From positions 43,988-107,987 of the forward strand of contig JBFHFF010000005.1 in the NCBI GenBank assembly GCA_041583775.1: 64,000 bases of DNA, written 5' to 3'. This DNA comes from Candidatus Moraniibacteriota bacterium. GTDB lineage: Bacteria; Patescibacteriota; Minisyncoccia; Moranbacterales; DUUL01. Shown in pieces: positions 44,855 through 55,167 of the stretch (its first letter is position 1; every line of letters starts with the position of its first letter). Under the pieces are notes generated by a model. That model ran no database searches and was not told the DNA's origin. It worked only from the letters and a program-made list of their open reading frames with translations. Both the position numbers and the translations under genes were made by a program.

Positions 44855-45799
44855 ATGAAATCAAGGGAGAAAAAGTTGTCGATTGTTGTGCCGATATATA
44901 ATGAAGGTGAAAATGTTGAGAATCTACACGCAGAAATTTTTTCAGCAATTAAAAAAAATAATCTTAAAGCAGAGATTATCTTTGTTGATGATGGTAGCAG
45001 TGACAATACAATTGAGCTTGCAAATAAACTTAAGCCATTAAAAATAATTCTTTTTAGGGGTAATTTTGGGCAAACCGCAGCTATGGATGCTGGAATTAAG
45101 GCTGCAAAAGGTGATGTAGTTATCACAATGGATGGTGATTTGCAAAATGACCCCAATGATATACCGTTACTTTTAGATAAAATGGATGAAGGTTTTGATG
45201 TCGTTTCTGGTTGGAGAAAGAACAGGAAGGATCCTTTTATGAAAAGATTTCTTTCGAGAGGCGCTGACAAATTGCGTAAAATTTTAGTTGATGATCAAAT
45301 AAATGATAGTGGGTGCTCGTTAAAAGCTTATAAAGCAGAATGTTTTGAAGGACTTGATTTATATGGTGAGATGCATCGGTTTATCCCAGCTCTTTTGAAA
45401 ATTAAAGGTTATAAAATCGGGGAAGTAGTGGTAAATCACAGACCAAGAGTTGCTGGTGTGACAAAATATAACTATAAAAGACTTGCAAAAGGACTTTTGG
45501 ATTTAGCGGGTGTTTGGTTTTGGCGTAAGTATGCAAATAGACCATTACATCTTTTTGGTGGAATCGGTGCCACTTTTGTATTAATTGGAAGTGGTCTTTT
45601 GTTCTGGATGGCAATTGAAAAGGTTGTGTTGGGAGGCTCAATTGGTGAGCGAATATGGCCAATTATTGGAGTTCTGTTTTTGATTTTGGGAATTCAATTC
45701 TTTGTTTCAGGTGTGATTGCTGATATTGCTGTGAAGACTTATTATACAACCAAAAAAGAGACAGTCTATTTGATTAGAGAAGTGATTGAGAACGAGTGA
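44855..45799 (+). CDS. GT2 polyprenyl-phosphate glycosyltransferase (DPM1/GtrB/ArnC-like) with C-terminal TM helices
   Basis: LSIVVPIYNEGENV...IIFVDDGSSDNT...VITMDGDLQNDP (DXD) and two C-terminal TM segments. Confidence 0.8.
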   Translation: MKSREKKLSIVVPIYNEGENVENLHAEIFSAIKKNNLKAEIIFVDDGSSDNTIELANKLKPLKIILFRGNFGQTAAMDAGIKAAKGDVVITMDGDLQNDPNDIPLLLDKMDEGFDVVSGWRKNRKDPFMKRFLSRGADKLRKILVDDQINDSGCSLKAYKAECFEGLDLYGEMHRFIPALLKIKGYKIGEVVVNHRPRVAGVTKYNYKRLAKGLLDLAGVWFWRKYANRPLHLFGGIGATFVLIGSGLLFWMAIEKVVLGGSIGERIWPIIGVLFLILGIQFFVSGVIADIAVKTYYTTKKETVYLIREVIENE

Positions 45800-45819
45800 G
45801 TTGATTTTAATTTAAAAAA

Positions 45820-45862
45820 ATAAACCCCTGCTTCCTTTAAGAATGGAAGCAGGGGTTTTTGT
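45820..45862. terminator. Strong bidirectional terminator (14-bp perfect stem)
   Basis: aaacccctgcttcc-tttaagaat-ggaagcaggggttt followed by ttgttt. Confidence 0.7.
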
Positions 45863-45885
45863 TTGACTGGGCAATGCTTTTGGGA

Positions 45886-46383
45886 TTATATTTTCTTAAT
45901 TCCAGCAAACCAAAACCGTGGATGGTATTCTGATAACAGAATGTTTTTGTGCAGACTTAGTAAAGGTGACTCATTAAATTCAAAGGCGATTTGAAACCAA
46001 TTGCCTTTAGCGGTTTTCCAGTGGCTACAATTCGGAAAGAATTTGAGGAGCTTTATAAAAATTTGATTTACAAGCATTAAAGAATATGGATCAGCTGGAG
46101 ATAATCCTCTTTTTTTAAATTCTTTGGTTAAAAGAAAATCGTTGATGTGTTCTTTTTCTTTAAAAAGGTTAAAAAAACAAATTTCCACCTCTTTGCCCTC
46201 CCCTTTGGGCATTGTTGTGAGAGCGCCAGGATCGCTAATGAAAGCGATACCGCCAATTTTTTTCCAGGAATCAATTAATTGTCTTTCGTTGATAGTCCTG
46301 ATATTTGTTGGGAGTTTGATGATTATTTGCTTGTCATTACCTTTTACATTTTTCAATCCAAATTCTATGACAGTGTTTTCCAT
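45886..46383 (-). CDS. Hypothetical protein (166 aa from ATG 46383; the ORF track extends it to 46545 without an RBS)
   Basis: RBS aaaaggagg immediately upstream of ATG at 46383 (MENTVIEFGLKNVKG...). Confidence 0.45.
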   Translation of the reverse strand: MENTVIEFGLKNVKGNDKQIIIKLPTNIRTINERQLIDSWKKIGGIAFISDPGALTTMPKGEGKEVEICFFNLFKEKEHINDFLLTKEFKKRGLSPADPYSLMLVNQIFIKLLKFFPNCSHWKTAKGNWFQIAFEFNESPLLSLHKNILLSEYHPRFWFAGIKKI

Positions 46384-46575
46384 AGAATACCTCCTTTTAC
46401 TTTGCCCAGTTTTTAATATTAACTCAAAGAACAAAAATATCTTGTGTAATCTATAATAAATCTTTTTGTTTGTCAATGAATGCGTTGTGTTTCTCTCTTG
46501 AAAAACCAACAAGAATGGACTATACTGTATTTGGAATACTTTCAAAATTAGAAAGAAAAAAGAAAGTGAAATTGC

Positions 46576-46989
46576 TTGTTTAAAAATAAATCACATAAAC
46601 AAATGTCGATAGGAGCATTTCTATGGGGAATGCGGCTTCTTATGTTGGTTGGATTCATAGGAGCTGTTGGAATGATTTTTTCAATTACTCCATATTTTGA
46701 TGTAAAATCATTTGAAGCAAATTATTTTATAATAAGTTTGTTTTATTTATTTTTGTTTATGTTTATAATGGGAATGTTTTCATTGTTGCTATTTCGTCTT
46801 AGAGGGGAAGTGCAAGCCGATGATGAAATAAGGACAAACGCGGGTGTTTCATTTAGACAAGGATTTTTTTTGAGTTTAATGGTGTTGGGAATTTTAATTT
46901 TGCAAAGTTTTCGGATTTTAGTTTGGTGGGATGGCCTTTTGGTTGTCGGAGCAGTTTTGGTTGCAGAATTATATTATTTAACTAGGTAA
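46576..46989 (+). CDS. Small membrane protein (4 TM, 137 aa)
   Basis: Hydrophobic helices; no family recognised. Confidence 0.4.
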   Translation: MFKNKSHKQMSIGAFLWGMRLLMLVGFIGAVGMIFSITPYFDVKSFEANYFIISLFYLFLFMFIMGMFSLLLFRLRGEVQADDEIRTNAGVSFRQGFFLSLMVLGILILQSFRILVWWDGLLVVGAVLVAELYYLTR

Positions 46990-47037
46990 TCGAATTGAAA
47001 GTTTTATTTAATAAAAAGGGGAATAATAAAAAGAAAA

Positions 47038-49032
47038 ATGGTTAATAAAGAAAGAACAAGCAAAGAGTATACCGCAAAATCGATTCAGGTATTGGAAGGA
47101 TTGGAGCCGGTCAGAAAGCGTCCGGGAATGTATATCGGTGGAACTTCTTTGGAAGGTTTGCATCATTTGATTTGGGAAATTGTGGCAAATTCAATTGATG
47201 AATCGATGGCTGGATATGGAAAGTTTATCAATGTAGTTATAGGAAAAGATAGCACGATAACAGTTTCTGATGAAGGTCGTGGAATCCCAGTTGATAAACA
47301 CAAACAGACAGGTCTAACAGCGCTTGAAACAATTTTTACAAAATTGCATGCTGGAGGAAAGTTCGGTGGTGATGATACTGGATATAAGGTTTCTGGTGGT
47401 CTTCATGGTGTTGGTGCGTCAGTTGTAAACGCTCTTTCTGTTTTAACTAGAGCCGAAATTCATAAAGATGGAAAGATTTGGATTCAGGAATACTCTAAGG
47501 GAATAACACAAGGAAAAGTTCAGGCAGTTGGGAAAACTGACAAAACTGGTTCCATTATTTCATTTAAACCAGATCCAGAAATTTTCCCTGAAATTGAATG
47601 GAACTGGAAGACGATTGTTGGTTATCTAAGACAACAAGCTTATTTAACAAAAGGAGTGCATTTTAAGTTAACTGACGAGAGATTTGAGGATGAAAAACAA
47701 AATAGAAGTATTGGTTTTTGTTTTGATGGAGGAATTCGTTCTTTTGTGCAGTTTGCAAATCGAAAAAAAGATGTTGTGCATCCAACGATTTTTTATGTAG
47801 AAAAAGAGAAGGATAATATGGTGGTCGAGGTTGCTATGCAATATCAAGATACTTTTAAAGACAAAGTTTCTTCATTTGCAAATAACATTCCTACAATCGA
47901 AGGAGGAACACACGAAACTGGTTTTCGTGCCTCACTTACAAGAGTGATTAATGATTATGCTCGAAAAAATAACATATTAAGAGAGAAGGAAAATAATTTA
48001 ACCTCTGACGATGTTCGAGAAGGTTTAACTGCTGTGGTTTCTGTGAAGTTACAAGATCCACAATTTGAGGGTCAGACAAAATCAAAACTTGGAAACTCTG
48101 AAGCAAGAACAATCACAAGTGCTGTTGTTTCAGAAGGTTTAGCGGAGTATTTTGAGGAAAATCCACAAGATGCGAAGATGATTATTATGAAAGGTTTGAT
48201 TTCTGCGAAAGCAAGACTTGCTGCAAAAGCTGCAAAAGATGCCGTTGTGAGGAAAGGTGTTTTGGAGGGAATGACACTTCCCGGAAAACTTGCTGACTGT
48301 TCTTCTCGTGATGCATCAAGAACAGAATTATATATCGTGGAGGGAGATTCTGCCGGTGGAAGTGCAAAACAGGGAAGGGATAGAAAGACTCAAGCCATTT
48401 TGCCATTAAAAGGAAAAATTTTGAATGTAGAGAAGGCGAGGTTAGACAGAATGCTCGCTTCTCAGGAAATTAAATCTCTTGTGATTGCTCTTGGAGCTGG
48501 AATTGGTGATCAAATGAATCTTGATAAATTGCGATATCACCGGGTTATTATAATGACAGATGCAGATGTTGATGGTTCCCATATTAGAACCCTACTGCTG
48601 ACTTTATTTTATCGTCATTTTGAGGAGTTATTAAAACGCGGTTATGTATATATTGCACAACCACCTTTATATCAAATTAAAGACGGGAAGAAAGAACATT
48701 ATGTTTATACCGATGAGGAGAAAGAAAAAGTTTTAGCTCAGATTGCAAAAAAGAGAGGAATGGCAATTGATCTTGAGATTAAAGAAGGGGATGAGGAAGC
48801 TGCAAAAATTTCAGGAGTTAGTCTTCAGAGATACAAAGGTTTGGGAGAAATGAATCCAACTCAACTTTGGGAAACTACTATGAACCCAGAAACTCGTGTG
48901 ATGTTGCAGGTTTCAATTGAGGATGCTGAACGAGCTGACGAAGCGTTTAGTGTTCTAATGGGAAGTGAGGTTGCGCCAAGAAAGAAGTTTATTCAATCAC
49001 ATGCAAATAAAGTTCAAAACTTGGATGTTTAG
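47038..49032 (+). CDS. gyrB: Type IIA topoisomerase ATPase subunit, DNA gyrase B (or ParE)
   Basis: GHKL ATPase N-domain (VLEGLEPVRKRPGMYIGGT), TOPRIM EGDSAGGSAKQGRDR, PLKGKILNVEKA; 664 aa; no gyrA adjacent, so ParE not excluded. Confidence 0.75.
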   Translation: MVNKERTSKEYTAKSIQVLEGLEPVRKRPGMYIGGTSLEGLHHLIWEIVANSIDESMAGYGKFINVVIGKDSTITVSDEGRGIPVDKHKQTGLTALETIFTKLHAGGKFGGDDTGYKVSGGLHGVGASVVNALSVLTRAEIHKDGKIWIQEYSKGITQGKVQAVGKTDKTGSIISFKPDPEIFPEIEWNWKTIVGYLRQQAYLTKGVHFKLTDERFEDEKQNRSIGFCFDGGIRSFVQFANRKKDVVHPTIFYVEKEKDNMVVEVAMQYQDTFKDKVSSFANNIPTIEGGTHETGFRASLTRVINDYARKNNILREKENNLTSDDVREGLTAVVSVKLQDPQFEGQTKSKLGNSEARTITSAVVSEGLAEYFEENPQDAKMIIMKGLISAKARLAAKAAKDAVVRKGVLEGMTLPGKLADCSSRDASRTELYIVEGDSAGGSAKQGRDRKTQAILPLKGKILNVEKARLDRMLASQEIKSLVIALGAGIGDQMNLDKLRYHRVIIMTDADVDGSHIRTLLLTLFYRHFEELLKRGYVYIAQPPLYQIKDGKKEHYVYTDEEKEKVLAQIAKKRGMAIDLEIKEGDEEAAKISGVSLQRYKGLGEMNPTQLWETTMNPETRVMLQVSIEDAERADEAFSVLMGSEVAPRKKFIQSHANKVQNLDV

Positions 49033-49092
49033 AGTTAACAAAATGCACATTATATAAAAAGATAAATTTTGGATAAAAATTAAAAACAAAAA

Positions 49093-50091
49093 ATGAAAGT
49101 AGCAATAAATGGTTTCGGTCGAATTGGAAGGCCTGTTACTAAAATAGGATTGGAAAATCCAAATGTTGAAATTGTGGCGATTAATGATTTGGGAAGTGTG
49201 GAGTCACTTGCTTATCTTTTGAAATATGACACCTCGTATGGTGTGTATCCGAAAGATGTTCAGATTAAAGATGGAAATTTGATTGTGAATGGAAGGGAAA
49301 TTAAAATTTTTAGTGAAATGGACCCCAAAAAACTTCCCTGGAAAGAATTGGGAGTGGAAGTTGTTTTTGAATGCACAGGCGTTTTTAAGGATAGAGCTGG
49401 TGCTTCTGCGCATCTTGAGGCTGGAGCAAAACAAGTTTTGATATCTTCTCCAACAAAAGATGAGAGTTTGAAAACAATTGTTTTGGGTGTCAATGATAAT
49501 GAAATAATGGATGGAGATGAAATTCTTTCTATGGCATCTTGCACAACAAATTGTATTGCCCCTGTAATGAAAGTTTTGGAAGATAAATTTGGGATTGAAA
49601 AGTCACTGATGACAACAATTCATAGTTATACAGCAACCCAAGCATTGATTGATGGACCTTCTAAAAAAGACTTTAGAGAGGGTCGAGCGGCAGCGTTGAA
49701 TGTTATTCCTTCAACCACTGGAGCTGCTCTTGCTGCTGCAAAAACAATTCCGGCGCTTGAAGGCATTTTTGATGGAATGGCATTTAGGGTTCCAACTGCC
49801 GTTGGTTCAGTGAGTGACATTGTTGTATTATTAAAAAAGGATGTAACTGAGGACGAAGTTAATGGGGTACTTGAAGATGCTGCAAAAAGCCATATGAATG
49901 GAATTATGCACATAACAGATGAACCACTTGTGTCGCATGATATAGTTGGGAGTAGTTATTCTGTAATTGTTCAAAAAGAATTAACGAAAGTCGTTGGTGG
50001 GAATTTGGTGAAAATTGTTGGATGGTATGATAACGAATGGGGTTATTCCACAAGACTAGTTGATTTGGCTGTGAAATTGTTTCATAAATAG
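49093..50091 (+). CDS. gap: Glyceraldehyde-3-phosphate dehydrogenase
   Basis: MKVAINGFGRIGRPV NAD-binding, ASCTTNCIAP catalytic Cys motif, WYDNEWGYS C-terminus. Confidence 0.9.
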   Translation: MKVAINGFGRIGRPVTKIGLENPNVEIVAINDLGSVESLAYLLKYDTSYGVYPKDVQIKDGNLIVNGREIKIFSEMDPKKLPWKELGVEVVFECTGVFKDRAGASAHLEAGAKQVLISSPTKDESLKTIVLGVNDNEIMDGDEILSMASCTTNCIAPVMKVLEDKFGIEKSLMTTIHSYTATQALIDGPSKKDFREGRAAALNVIPSTTGAALAAAKTIPALEGIFDGMAFRVPTAVGSVSDIVVLLKKDVTEDEVNGVLEDAAKSHMNGIMHITDEPLVSHDIVGSSYSVIVQKELTKVVGGNLVKIVGWYDNEWGYSTRLVDLAVKLFHK

Positions 50092-50106
50092 AGTTTAGGA
50101 TTCAGG

Positions 50107-50146
50107 AAAAGCCTATTTCGTATTAAAATGAAATAGGCTTTTTATT
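50107..50146 (+). terminator. Rho-independent terminator after gap
   Basis: aaaagcctatttc-gtattaaaat-gaaataggctttt then tattttt. Confidence 0.65.
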
Positions 50147-50415
50147 TTTGCGATATTCAATTATCGAAAAAGGATTGGTGTTTTTGAATAAAATTAATAT
50201 AGATTAAATCTAAGTAAATTTTAGATTTATTCATATTTACAAGCACATTTTATCTCTTGCAATAAATCCAAGAATGCTTCATAGTTGTAGTGTTGGTGTG
50301 ATGAAATAAATCCCCAAAAGAAACACTTCTTGACTTGTTGGTATTATGTGTTTATTACAAGCAAGGGGCTTAATGTGGGTGCTTGGAAAGGCAAAATTAA
50401 AATTAGAAAAGTGCT

Positions 50416-51816
50416 ATGAATTTAAAAAATAAAAAAGTTACAGTGATGGGAATAGGGCTTCACGGCGGTGGGGTAGCTACTATTCAATGGTTAGCGAAAC
50501 AAGGTGCGCGTGTTTTTGCAACTGATACAAAAACAAAAGAAGAGTTGCAAAAATCTTTGGACAAGATAGTCAAGCTGAAAAATGTAGAGATAATAACTGG
50601 GCAACACCGAATGGAGGATTTCACAAGCGTTGATTTGGTTATTAAAAATCCAGCAGTTTCTTGGAAAAATAAATATATAAAAGCGGCTCTTGAACATAAA
50701 ATTCCTGTTGAAGTAGATTCTGGTTTATTTATGAAGCATTGCCCAACGAAAAATATCATAGGAGTTACTGGAACAAAAGGAAAAACAACCACAGCACTCT
50801 TAATAGCGCATATACTTCGTGAAGGTGGTAAACATGTCGTTGAAGTGGGAATTGGACAGGGTGCTGTTATGGATAAACTTTCTGAAATAAAAAAGGATTC
50901 GTTTGTGGTTTTTGAACTTTCTTCTTGGCGACTCAGTGCTTTTGAGCAAATTGAAAAAAGTCCACATATTGCAGTTATTACAAATATCTTTCCTGATCAT
51001 TTGAATTATTATGGCACAATGGAAAATTATGTTTCTGATAAGGAGAATATCTTTAAATTTCAAAAAAAGGAAGATTTTCTGATTATCAATAACAATCAAA
51101 TCGAATATTTTGAAGAATTTTCTGAAAAAACAAAGGCAAAAAAAGTTTCATTTTCTAACGATGAAAATAAGACATATTGTGGTTTGTTTGTTGAAAATGA
51201 GAAGGCTAAATATGAATGCGGGAGTGATAAATTTGATATTTTTGAAATCAAAGAAATTGCTCTTAGAGGAAAACATAATTTATCGAATGTTCTTGCTGCA
51301 AGTGCTGTGGCTATTTTGAGTAATGTGTCATTGTTGGATATTAAAAGGGCTATAAAAACATTTTCCAGCGTCAAGCATCGTTTGGAATATATCGGGAAGA
51401 GGAAAGGAGTCGCGTATTATAACGATACGACCGCAACAACACCGGAAGCTGCAATTGTTGGGATTGAGTCATTTTCTCGTCCAATGCATTTGATTTGTGG
51501 AGGGTCTAATAAAAATTTAGACATGAGATCTCTTGCTCGTAAAATTGCTATGGATGATAATGTGATTTCAGTTTCACTTTTAAAGGGAGAAGCGACTGAA
51601 AAGTTAATTAAATTTTTAAGAGAATTTGATGGGGCGTCAGAAAAAATCGAAGGTTTGCATAGTGAAATTAAAAGTGCGGTTAACCATCTTTACTTGATAG
51701 CGAAGGAAGGAGAGATAATACTTCTTTCGCCAGGATGTGCTAGTTTCGGGATGTTTTTAAATGAATTTGATAGAGGTGACCGCTTTAAGAGTGTTGTTGA
51801 AGCGCTTGAGAAATAA
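50416..51816 (+). CDS. murD: UDP-N-acetylmuramoylalanine--D-glutamate ligase
   Basis: N-terminal Rossmann VTVMGIGLHGGG, Mur ligase P-loop GVTGTKGKTTT, overall length and domain order. Confidence 0.8.
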   Translation: MNLKNKKVTVMGIGLHGGGVATIQWLAKQGARVFATDTKTKEELQKSLDKIVKLKNVEIITGQHRMEDFTSVDLVIKNPAVSWKNKYIKAALEHKIPVEVDSGLFMKHCPTKNIIGVTGTKGKTTTALLIAHILREGGKHVVEVGIGQGAVMDKLSEIKKDSFVVFELSSWRLSAFEQIEKSPHIAVITNIFPDHLNYYGTMENYVSDKENIFKFQKKEDFLIINNNQIEYFEEFSEKTKAKKVSFSNDENKTYCGLFVENEKAKYECGSDKFDIFEIKEIALRGKHNLSNVLAASAVAILSNVSLLDIKRAIKTFSSVKHRLEYIGKRKGVAYYNDTTATTPEAAIVGIESFSRPMHLICGGSNKNLDMRSLARKIAMDDNVISVSLLKGEATEKLIKFLREFDGASEKIEGLHSEIKSAVNHLYLIAKEGEIILLSPGCASFGMFLNEFDRGDRFKSVVEALEK

Positions 51817-51863
51817 AAAAATAATGCTTTTTATAATTTAATAAAGAATAAATCTAAATAGTC

Positions 51864-52919
51864 ATGAGGAAAATAGTAGGTATTTTGGCAGTTCTTGTGT
51901 TGGTTTTGTCTGTCATTTTATTTTTTATTTATAATTGGATTGAGGAAGGTGCATTTGAAAGCTCTACAAGTGAGTCAAATATTTTGCAAAATTTTGAGGT
52001 CAAAGAAGGTGAGGGCGTGAAGGTGATAGCTTCACGACTTGCCAAAGATAAGCTTATAAAGAATGAGAAGTTCTTTCTTTATTATATCTGGAAGACTAAA
52101 AAAGATTCAAGTTTACAGGCTGGAACCTATGAAATTTCACCTGATATGACAATTTTGCAAATAGTGGATAAACTTGAAGGAGGACGGGTAAAGAAAGATG
52201 TTTTGAAGCTAACTGTTCCAGAGGGATTTACGAATAAGAAAATTATTAATCTTTTAAGCGAAAAAGAGCCAAAAATTGTGGATGAATTTACTGAAATAGT
52301 ACAATGCAAATGTTTGAATGAGGTTGATTGCGGGTGTGATAAATTTAGTGAAAAATATGATTTTATAGCTAAGATCCCAACCGGAATTGATATGGAGGGC
52401 TATCTTTTTCCTGATACATATTTTATTGATAAAGACGAGACTGGAGCAACTCTGGCTAGCAAATTTTTGAATAACTTTAGCAAAAAAGTTGATACCAGTT
52501 TATTGGCTAAAATTGAAACAAGCGGAAAGAGTTTGCATGAAGTTATAACTTTGGCATCTATAGTTGAACGGGAGGTGCCAACAGAAGAGGATGCAAAAAT
52601 GGTGGCTGGTGTTTTTAAAAACAGACTTGAAACAGGAATGGCATTGGAAAGTTGCGCCACGCTAGCATATTTTCAGGGTGTTGATAAGCGCCAATTCTCT
52701 TTTGATGACACGAGAGTGGAGTCACCATACAATACTTATATTAACACTGGACTTCCACCAGGACCAATTTCTAATCCAGGGTTAATATCTATAAGAGCAA
52801 CCGTTGAGCCGACTGAAAATGATTATATCTTTTTTCTTTCTGATTTTGAAACAGGAGAAACCATCTATTCTAAAACCCTTGATGAGCATGTTGCTAATAA
52901 AAATAAACATGGATTGTAG
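51864..52919 (+). CDS. mltG: Endolytic murein transglycosylase MltG (YceG family)
   Basis: N-terminal TM, ...GTYEISPDMT...LASIVEREV...ESCATLAYFQG...YNTYINTGLPPGPISNPG conserved YceG motifs. Confidence 0.75.
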   Translation: MRKIVGILAVLVLVLSVILFFIYNWIEEGAFESSTSESNILQNFEVKEGEGVKVIASRLAKDKLIKNEKFFLYYIWKTKKDSSLQAGTYEISPDMTILQIVDKLEGGRVKKDVLKLTVPEGFTNKKIINLLSEKEPKIVDEFTEIVQCKCLNEVDCGCDKFSEKYDFIAKIPTGIDMEGYLFPDTYFIDKDETGATLASKFLNNFSKKVDTSLLAKIETSGKSLHEVITLASIVEREVPTEEDAKMVAGVFKNRLETGMALESCATLAYFQGVDKRQFSFDDTRVESPYNTYINTGLPPGPISNPGLISIRATVEPTENDYIFFLSDFETGETIYSKTLDEHVANKNKHGL

Positions 52920-52928
52920 GATGAGATT

Positions 52929-54053
52929 ATGATATTTAAAGCCAATTATTTTGCAAAATTTGATTTAATTGTTATTGTGGCAATGTTTTTTTTGATTGCT
53001 ACAGGATTAATTGCAATATTTTCACTCTCTTTGGAATCAGAAAGAGTTGGTTTTAGTAATTTCGAAAAACAATCTGTTCATATTTTGATTGCAAGTATAG
53101 TTTTTTTATTTTTTAGTTTGGTTGATTATCGAATATGGAAGAGTCATAGTGGTAATTTGTATTTAATCGGAGTGGTTCTTTTAGTAGCAGTTCTTTTTTT
53201 TGGGGACAATATCCGTGGAACATCTGGTTGGTTTAAGTTGGGATTTTTCAATATTCAACCAGCTGAGTTTGTGAAGTTGGCATTAATCATAGCACTTGCT
53301 CGTTATTTCTCTCAAATTAAACCAAATTTAATTTCCCTTAAGCACCTTTTGGTTTCGTTTGGTTATGTTTCAATCCCTGTTTTTTTGGCCGTCAAGCAAC
53401 CAGATATGGGCTCCGCTGTTGTGATGATTATGATTTGGTTTGCTATGGTGTTGCTTTCTGGTATAAATAAAAAATATATTTTTGGTATCGTAGTTATAGG
53501 ACTTTTAATAATTGTTTTTGGATGGGGTTTCCTTTTAAAACCGTATCAAAAAGATAGGGTTCAATCTTTTTTGAATCCCGGAAATGATCCATTAGGGGAT
53601 GGATACAATGTAATTCAATCTATGGTAGCAGTTGGTTCCGGTGGAGTTCATGGGAAAGGTGTTGGGCATGGTTCTCAAAGTAAGCTTAATTTTCTCCCCG
53701 AAAAGCATACAGATTTTATATATGCTACAATTGCTGAAGAGAGAGGTCTTGTTGGTGTGGGAATAGTTATTGGTCTTTTTGGGGTATTATTGTATCGGCT
53801 AAGGACCACTTATAGATTCGCTAGAGACTCTTTTGGGAAATTTATAGTAGGTGGAGTTACAATGGTTATATTTTTTCAAGCTTTTGTTAATATTGGTATG
53901 AATATTGGAATTATGCCAGTAGCTGGACTCTCTTTGCCTTTTTTGAGCTATGGTGGTAGTTTTATTCTAATAACAATGGCTTTTATGGGGTTAACACAAA
54001 GTGTTTGGATCAGAAGGATTAAAAGTGATAATGAAACTGGTTTCTGGGGATAA
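52929..54053 (+). CDS. ftsW: SEDS-family peptidoglycan glycosyltransferase (FtsW/RodA)
   Basis: 10-TM SEDS architecture, ...GAQRWIDLGFFNIQPAEFVKLALII-like motif (GWFKLGFFNIQPAEFVKLALIIALA), PEKHTDFIYA; dcw neighbourhood favours FtsW. Confidence 0.65.
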   Translation: MIFKANYFAKFDLIVIVAMFFLIATGLIAIFSLSLESERVGFSNFEKQSVHILIASIVFLFFSLVDYRIWKSHSGNLYLIGVVLLVAVLFFGDNIRGTSGWFKLGFFNIQPAEFVKLALIIALARYFSQIKPNLISLKHLLVSFGYVSIPVFLAVKQPDMGSAVVMIMIWFAMVLLSGINKKYIFGIVVIGLLIIVFGWGFLLKPYQKDRVQSFLNPGNDPLGDGYNVIQSMVAVGSGGVHGKGVGHGSQSKLNFLPEKHTDFIYATIAEERGLVGVGIVIGLFGVLLYRLRTTYRFARDSFGKFIVGGVTMVIFFQAFVNIGMNIGIMPVAGLSLPFLSYGGSFILITMAFMGLTQSVWIRRIKSDNETGFWG

Positions 54054-54075
54054 TCAATTAATAAGAGTAATAACA

Positions 54076-55140
54076 ATGACAAAACGCAAGAAAACAAGAA
54101 AGGTAAAAATTGGTAATCTTATAATTGGAGGTGGGGAGCCGGTTAGGGTTCAGTCAATGACTAATACTGACACAAGAGATATTAAAAAAACTATTTTGCA
54201 GATTAAAGAGCTTGAAAAAGCTGGGTGTGAGATTGTGAGGGTTGCTATCCCAGATATGATTGCTGCCAAGGCTATCTCTGAAATAAAAAAGAAAATATCA
54301 ATCCCCTTGGTAGCAGATATTCATTTTTCAGCTGAACTCGCGATGGAAGTGATTCGTCAAGGAATTGACAAGGTAAGAATTAATCCGGGCAATGTAAAGC
54401 CGGCTAAAAAAATTAAAGAAGTAGTTTTAGCTTGTAAAGAAAGAAACATTCCCATTAGAATTGGTATAAATGCTGGATCATTGGAGCAAGAAATCTTGGA
54501 TAAATTTAATGGAAAAGCAACAGCGAGAGGAATGGTTCAATCTGCTATGAAGCACATTAAGATATTGGAAGAGCTTGGATTTAAAGACATTGTAATTTCA
54601 CTCAAAGCTTCTGATATTGAAAGGACTGTGGAGGCTTATCGTGAATTAAGTGAAAAAGTGGATTATCCTTTACATGTTGGTGTTACTGAGGCGGGAACAA
54701 AATTTCGAGGGACAGTCATGAGTTCAATTGGAATAGGGACTTTGTTATATGATGGCATAGGGGATACGATTCGAGTTTCTTTGACAGACAAGCCAGTCGA
54801 AGAAATTCCAGTGGCATGGGAGATTTTATCGGCGCTTGATTTGAGACATCGAAAACCTACTGTTACGAGTTGTCCAACCTGTGGAAGAACAGAGATAGAT
54901 ATGGTTAAATTGGCAAAGGAGGTCGAGGTTTTGGTAGAGAATTTCCCCAAAAAACTTCATATTGCAGTAATGGGTTGCGTTGTAAATGGTCCTGGTGAAG
55001 CCAAAGAAGCAGATATAGCTGTAATTGGTGGAAAGGGTGTAGGTTTAATTTGCAGAAAAGGCAAGATAATAAAAAAGGTTAATGAAAAGGATTTGTTGAA
55101 AGAGTTCAAAAAGGAGCTGGAAAAGGAGTTGAGAAAATAA
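54076..55140 (+). CDS. ispG: 4-hydroxy-3-methylbut-2-en-1-yl diphosphate synthase (GcpE)
   Basis: KIGNLIIGGGEPVRVQSMTNTDTRD..., RVAIPD, C-terminal CPTCGRTE / GCVVNGPGE Fe-S cluster motifs; ATG 54076 chosen (upstream 54001 start overlaps ftsW). Confidence 0.85.
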   Translation: MTKRKKTRKVKIGNLIIGGGEPVRVQSMTNTDTRDIKKTILQIKELEKAGCEIVRVAIPDMIAAKAISEIKKKISIPLVADIHFSAELAMEVIRQGIDKVRINPGNVKPAKKIKEVVLACKERNIPIRIGINAGSLEQEILDKFNGKATARGMVQSAMKHIKILEELGFKDIVISLKASDIERTVEAYRELSEKVDYPLHVGVTEAGTKFRGTVMSSIGIGTLLYDGIGDTIRVSLTDKPVEEIPVAWEILSALDLRHRKPTVTSCPTCGRTEIDMVKLAKEVEVLVENFPKKLHIAVMGCVVNGPGEAKEADIAVIGGKGVGLICRKGKIIKKVNEKDLLKEFKKELEKELRK

Positions 55141-55167
55141 ACTATTTTAGTTAATTAATAATAAGAA